From IMG/VR virus record IMGVR_UViG_3300032237_001169, positions 44,842 through 108,841 of that record: a stretch of 64,000 nt of DNA; one strand, given 5' to 3'. The first letter of the stretch is position 1. Each line of letters opens with the position of its first letter. The notes under the pieces were generated by a model. That model made no database searches, was not told the DNA's origin, and saw only the letters and a list, made by a program, of their open reading frames with translations. Of the stretch, positions 60,748 to 64,000 are shown one piece after another. This DNA is from a virus. Taxonomy: Duplodnaviria > Caudoviricetes. A program made the position numbers and the translations under genes.

Positions 60748-63003
60748 ATGAAAGTTGAAGAAAATAATAGATTTGTGACCACTGTCGGTAATTTTGAGAC
60801 GGTTGAATTTGCAGTTCAATGTCACAATATGCGCCATCTAATGAGCATTTTGCGTGACCAGCTTTATAGTGATAAAAAGCTGGCACCAATTCGTGAATAT
60901 AGTTGTAATGCATACGACGCAAATGTTGAAAACGGTAAAAAGGATGTACCAATTAAGGTAATATTGCCAACCGCTTTATTTCCAGAATGGAAAGTACGTG
61001 ACTATGGTAAGGGTGTTTCTTACGAAGATATGAAAAATATCTTTTGTAGTTACGGTGAGAGCACCAAGCGCAATAGCAATGATTTTATTGGTCAATTGGG
61101 CATTGGTAGCAAAAGCGGATTTGCATATGGTGATAATTTCCTTGTAACGTCTTATATGGACGGCAAGAAAATTACTTATAATTGTGTATTGGACAAGAGT
61201 GGTGTGGGTGTATTGTTGCATTTGACAACAGAAGATTCAAATGAACCTTCTGGATTGGAAATTACTATTCCTGTAAAGAATCAAGATTTGATTGATTTTA
61301 AGCTAAAATCTTTGAATTTCTTTAAATATTGGAATGTATATCCTGAAATTGTTGGTATTGCTTCTGATGATTTGAAGCAATATAAGCATATTGATGAACC
61401 AATGCTTAATGGTAATGGTTGGGAGTTGTATGGTTCTACTAGCCAAAATCCTGCCGCCGCATTTGTTGTCATGGGAAATATTAGTTATCCCATGAATTGG
61501 GATTTGGTCTACGACTATAATTCCAGATACAACGATGCCAAGTTTGTTCCATTTTACAATTTTCTAAAATCTAGTCGAGTTGTATTGCGAATGGATGTTG
61601 GTTCAATTGAAATGGCACCTAGCCGTGAAGCATTGCAATATACTGAAAAAACCATTGAATCTATTCGCAGCAAAGTTGATGTTATCATCAAGTCTATGCG
61701 TGATAGCATTCAGTATAAAATTGCCACAGCTAAAAATCTTTGGGAGGCAAAGTATATTTACGGAAAGATTTTTGGTTATATTGACGATGAAAATTCAAAT
61801 TCAAACATATCTCGGGTATATCGTCAACTTGAGCAATGTTTTAACAATTCATTGTATTGGAATAATATTGCTATCATTGGTAATAAATTTGAAAATTTGC
61901 ATTTGTATGATGTCACACTAGGAAAGGTAGCTAATCATTGTGTTATAGATCAAGCATTTAGTTATTTTCAAATTTCCCAAAAAGGAATTATGAAGCATTC
62001 GCAAACCTCATACACAGCAAATAGTTTGCAGTGCAATCCAAAGCATAAGATCGTAATCAATGATATTGTAAATAAAAAGACAAGCAATAAAAGTGCAATT
62101 AGATATTATTTGGACAATAACAAAGATGTAAAAGTTCTGTATTATTTGAATTTCAACACAGATAATGCCAAGAGTGCATGGTTCAAGGATTTACAGTTTG
62201 AAACTGTGCCACTTACACTAATGAGCGACCTTGTAAATGAATATGTAAAAAACAAGCCAAAGATTGTTCGTGCCAAAGTTCCAAAGGAACTGACAAAAAT
62301 CGGATATGTAAATATTCCTACGTTTTATCGTTCCGGTAATTTTACTCAATATGAAACTATTGATTTGAATGCCGTAAATGGAGTATACGTATATTCTGAA
62401 GATCGTGTTGTAGACATCAATGGAAAAAAGATCAATCTAGTTTATTTTCTCGAAGATTTGAAGAATCTTAACAATATCTTTAATATGGGACTTGATAAAG
62501 TATATCTTATGGGTCCGCGTATTAAGGATGGAAAAAAGTTCAATAACCAAAATTGGAGTAATATTGAAACGCTTATTAACAAAGCAGCAAAAGCAAACAA
62601 CTCAATTGCAAATTATATTGAACACACTGCATACATCAATAGTATCAGTCATACAAAGAATATGCTGATTCTTAGCAAGAGTGTTATGCAGAGCATTATT
62701 GGCAAGATCAAGAATAGTAAAGGCACATTTAATACTATTTTTGCCGCGTATCCTGATATTGACTTTAAGCAAGATGGTCGTGCCATACGCTCTATGCAAA
62801 ATATTGGTTTGTTTGATCAAAATCAATATAATGCACAATCAAGCACTGCAAGTGCCAAATATACAGATATGTGGATCAAGCTATACAATAGCTATCGCAT
62901 ATTGAAGTATATTAATATTGACTTCTCAAAAGAAGATGCTAAATTGGCTAATAACTTGGCTGATGAAATTGCAGATTACATCAACATGGTTGATAGCGTA
63001 TAA
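60748..63003 (+). CDS. rIIA: rIIA-like protein (GHKL ATPase N-terminus)
   Basis: LYSDK..A.IRE...NA.DA, RDYG.G, YG.STKR.SN..IG.LGIGSKS.FAY, PSRE.L. Confidence 0.9.
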   Translation: MKVEENNRFVTTVGNFETVEFAVQCHNMRHLMSILRDQLYSDKKLAPIREYSCNAYDANVENGKKDVPIKVILPTALFPEWKVRDYGKGVSYEDMKNIFCSYGESTKRNSNDFIGQLGIGSKSGFAYGDNFLVTSYMDGKKITYNCVLDKSGVGVLLHLTTEDSNEPSGLEITIPVKNQDLIDFKLKSLNFFKYWNVYPEIVGIASDDLKQYKHIDEPMLNGNGWELYGSTSQNPAAAFVVMGNISYPMNWDLVYDYNSRYNDAKFVPFYNFLKSSRVVLRMDVGSIEMAPSREALQYTEKTIESIRSKVDVIIKSMRDSIQYKIATAKNLWEAKYIYGKIFGYIDDENSNSNISRVYRQLEQCFNNSLYWNNIAIIGNKFENLHLYDVTLGKVANHCVIDQAFSYFQISQKGIMKHSQTSYTANSLQCNPKHKIVINDIVNKKTSNKSAIRYYLDNNKDVKVLYYLNFNTDNAKSAWFKDLQFETVPLTLMSDLVNEYVKNKPKIVRAKVPKELTKIGYVNIPTFYRSGNFTQYETIDLNAVNGVYVYSEDRVVDINGKKINLVYFLEDLKNLNNIFNMGLDKVYLMGPRIKDGKKFNNQNWSNIETLINKAAKANNSIANYIEHTAYINSISHTKNMLILSKSVMQSIIGKIKNSKGTFNTIFAAYPDIDFKQDGRAIRSMQNIGLFDQNQYNAQSSTASAKYTDMWIKLYNSYRILKYINIDFSKEDAKLANNLADEIADYINMVDSV

Positions 63004-63091
63004 TTAAAAGGGGAGGGGTATCCTTCAAAAAAACACTTGACTTTTTTACTACCCCCTGTATAGTAGAGGGGTAGTAAATAATAAATAAAAT

Positions 63092-64000
63092 ATGATCGCA
63101 TATACATTGACAAATAATAGTATCACGGTGGTACTTAATAATAAGGTATACACTGTATCCAGCGGACAACCTCAATGGGATTCTGTATTGGATGCAATTC
63201 GTAACAATGATGAAAAGAAGCTACATGATGTATTGAGTGTAGCCAACACAATTGTTAGTTTCACTGAAGGTAATGTAACTGTAAAGGATAATCAGGTCTT
63301 TTATCGCAATGTTCCTTTGGATAATTATGTAGTAGAAAAGGTCTTGGATTTTGCCAAGAATAAGTTGCCATTGCAGCCTATTCTACGTTTCATCAACAAT
63401 TTGATGAAGAATCCAAGTTGTCGTGCCGTTCAAGAATTGTATAAATTCTTGGAGCACAAGAATATGCCTATTACACCAGAGGGTAATTTCTTGGCATACA
63501 AGGGTGTGCAAGGCGACTATTATAGCAATACTGCCGGAAGTATTATTGTGCTAAAGGGAACAGTCAAGGATGGTAAGATTTACAATGGCATTGGTGAAGT
63601 AATCGAGGTTGAACGTAATGGCGTTTGTGATGACAAGAACCTCGGTTGTAGTTCTGGTTTGCATGCTGGTAGTGTAGAGTATGCAACTGACTTTGGCCGT
63701 GGAGGTCGCGTTGTTATTGTTGAAATCAATCCTGCCGATGTCGTTAGCGTTCCAGACGATTGTAATTGTCAAAAGCTACGTGCTTGTCGCTATAAGGTTG
63801 TAGGTGAATATGAAGTTCCGTTAGAGAGCAATTACAATAATAATTATTCTAATGAAGATTGGAACACCGAAGATTGGAACACCGAAGATTGGAACACCGA
63901 AGATTGGAATAATGATGATAGTGATGATAGTGATGATAGTGATGATAGTGATGATAGTGATGATAGTGATGATAGTGATGATAGTGATGATAGTGATGAT
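63092..64000 (+). CDS. rIIB: rIIB-like protein (truncated by the window end)
   Basis: NPS.RAV.ELYKFL, IT.EG.FLAYKGV, CSSGLHAG...YA, INPADVVSVP.D....KLR.CRY. Confidence 0.9.
   Translation, partial: MIAYTLTNNSITVVLNNKVYTVSSGQPQWDSVLDAIRNNDEKKLHDVLSVANTIVSFTEGNVTVKDNQVFYRNVPLDNYVVEKVLDFAKNKLPLQPILRFINNLMKNPSCRAVQELYKFLEHKNMPITPEGNFLAYKGVQGDYYSNTAGSIIVLKGTVKDGKIYNGIGEVIEVERNGVCDDKNLGCSSGLHAGSVEYATDFGRGGRVVIVEINPADVVSVPDDCNCQKLRACRYKVVGEYEVPLESNYNNNYSNEDWNTEDWNTEDWNTEDWNNDDSDDSDDSDDSDDSDDSDDSDDSDDSDD
63854..64000 (+). repeat. Coding tandem repeats: 15-bp (EDWNT) x3.8, then 9-bp (DDS) x at least 9
   Basis: gaagattggaacacc and gatgatagt units. Confidence 0.95.

Noticed and set aside
1-64000. Stop-codon reassignment (code 4, 15 or 25)
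   Set aside because: Long genes are intact in code 11, TGA and TAG end genes (many ATGA overlaps), and internal stops are of all three types.
1-64000. DGR, retron, integrase or canonical tRNA genes
   Set aside because: No reverse transcriptase, recombinase, TR/VR pair or full cloverleaf recognised by eye.

Overview
AT-rich fragment of a large lytic dsDNA phage (jumbo or T4-like myovirus type), almost all coded on the + strand. It is an early/middle accessory region with no true structural genes, tRNAs, rRNA or CRISPR. Recognisable genes: ATP-dependent DNA ligase, Rnl1-type RNA ligase, rIIA/rIIB, dCMP deaminase, intein-bearing MoxR AAA + vWA/metallopeptidase, an NAD+ recycling set (NMNAT-Nudix, CinA/NTase-like, NAMPT, NADAR, PRS, Nudix), CoA enzymes (CoaB-like, CoaD-CoaE fusion), two Pth2, SpoU, PMM, a PlcP/LpxH-like hydrolase + glycosyltransferase, and about 12 intact or decayed free-standing homing endonuclease genes (HEGs). 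Most notable: (1) HEGs repeatedly sit in the first codons of a host gene, strand the old N-terminus upstream and supply a recoded new start; (2) a conserved, covarying 41-nt leader precedes the NAD genes; (3) a mini-protein carries only the T4 gp23 Gol-like capsid segment; (4) a DUF6745 module has its usual QLxx repeat encoded as separate mini-genes; (5) tandem ACAGCA hairpins precede a split DUF2828/TROVE-like gene. Family calls come from motif recognition by eye, not database searches. Some frameshifts lie in homopolymers and may be sequencing errors.
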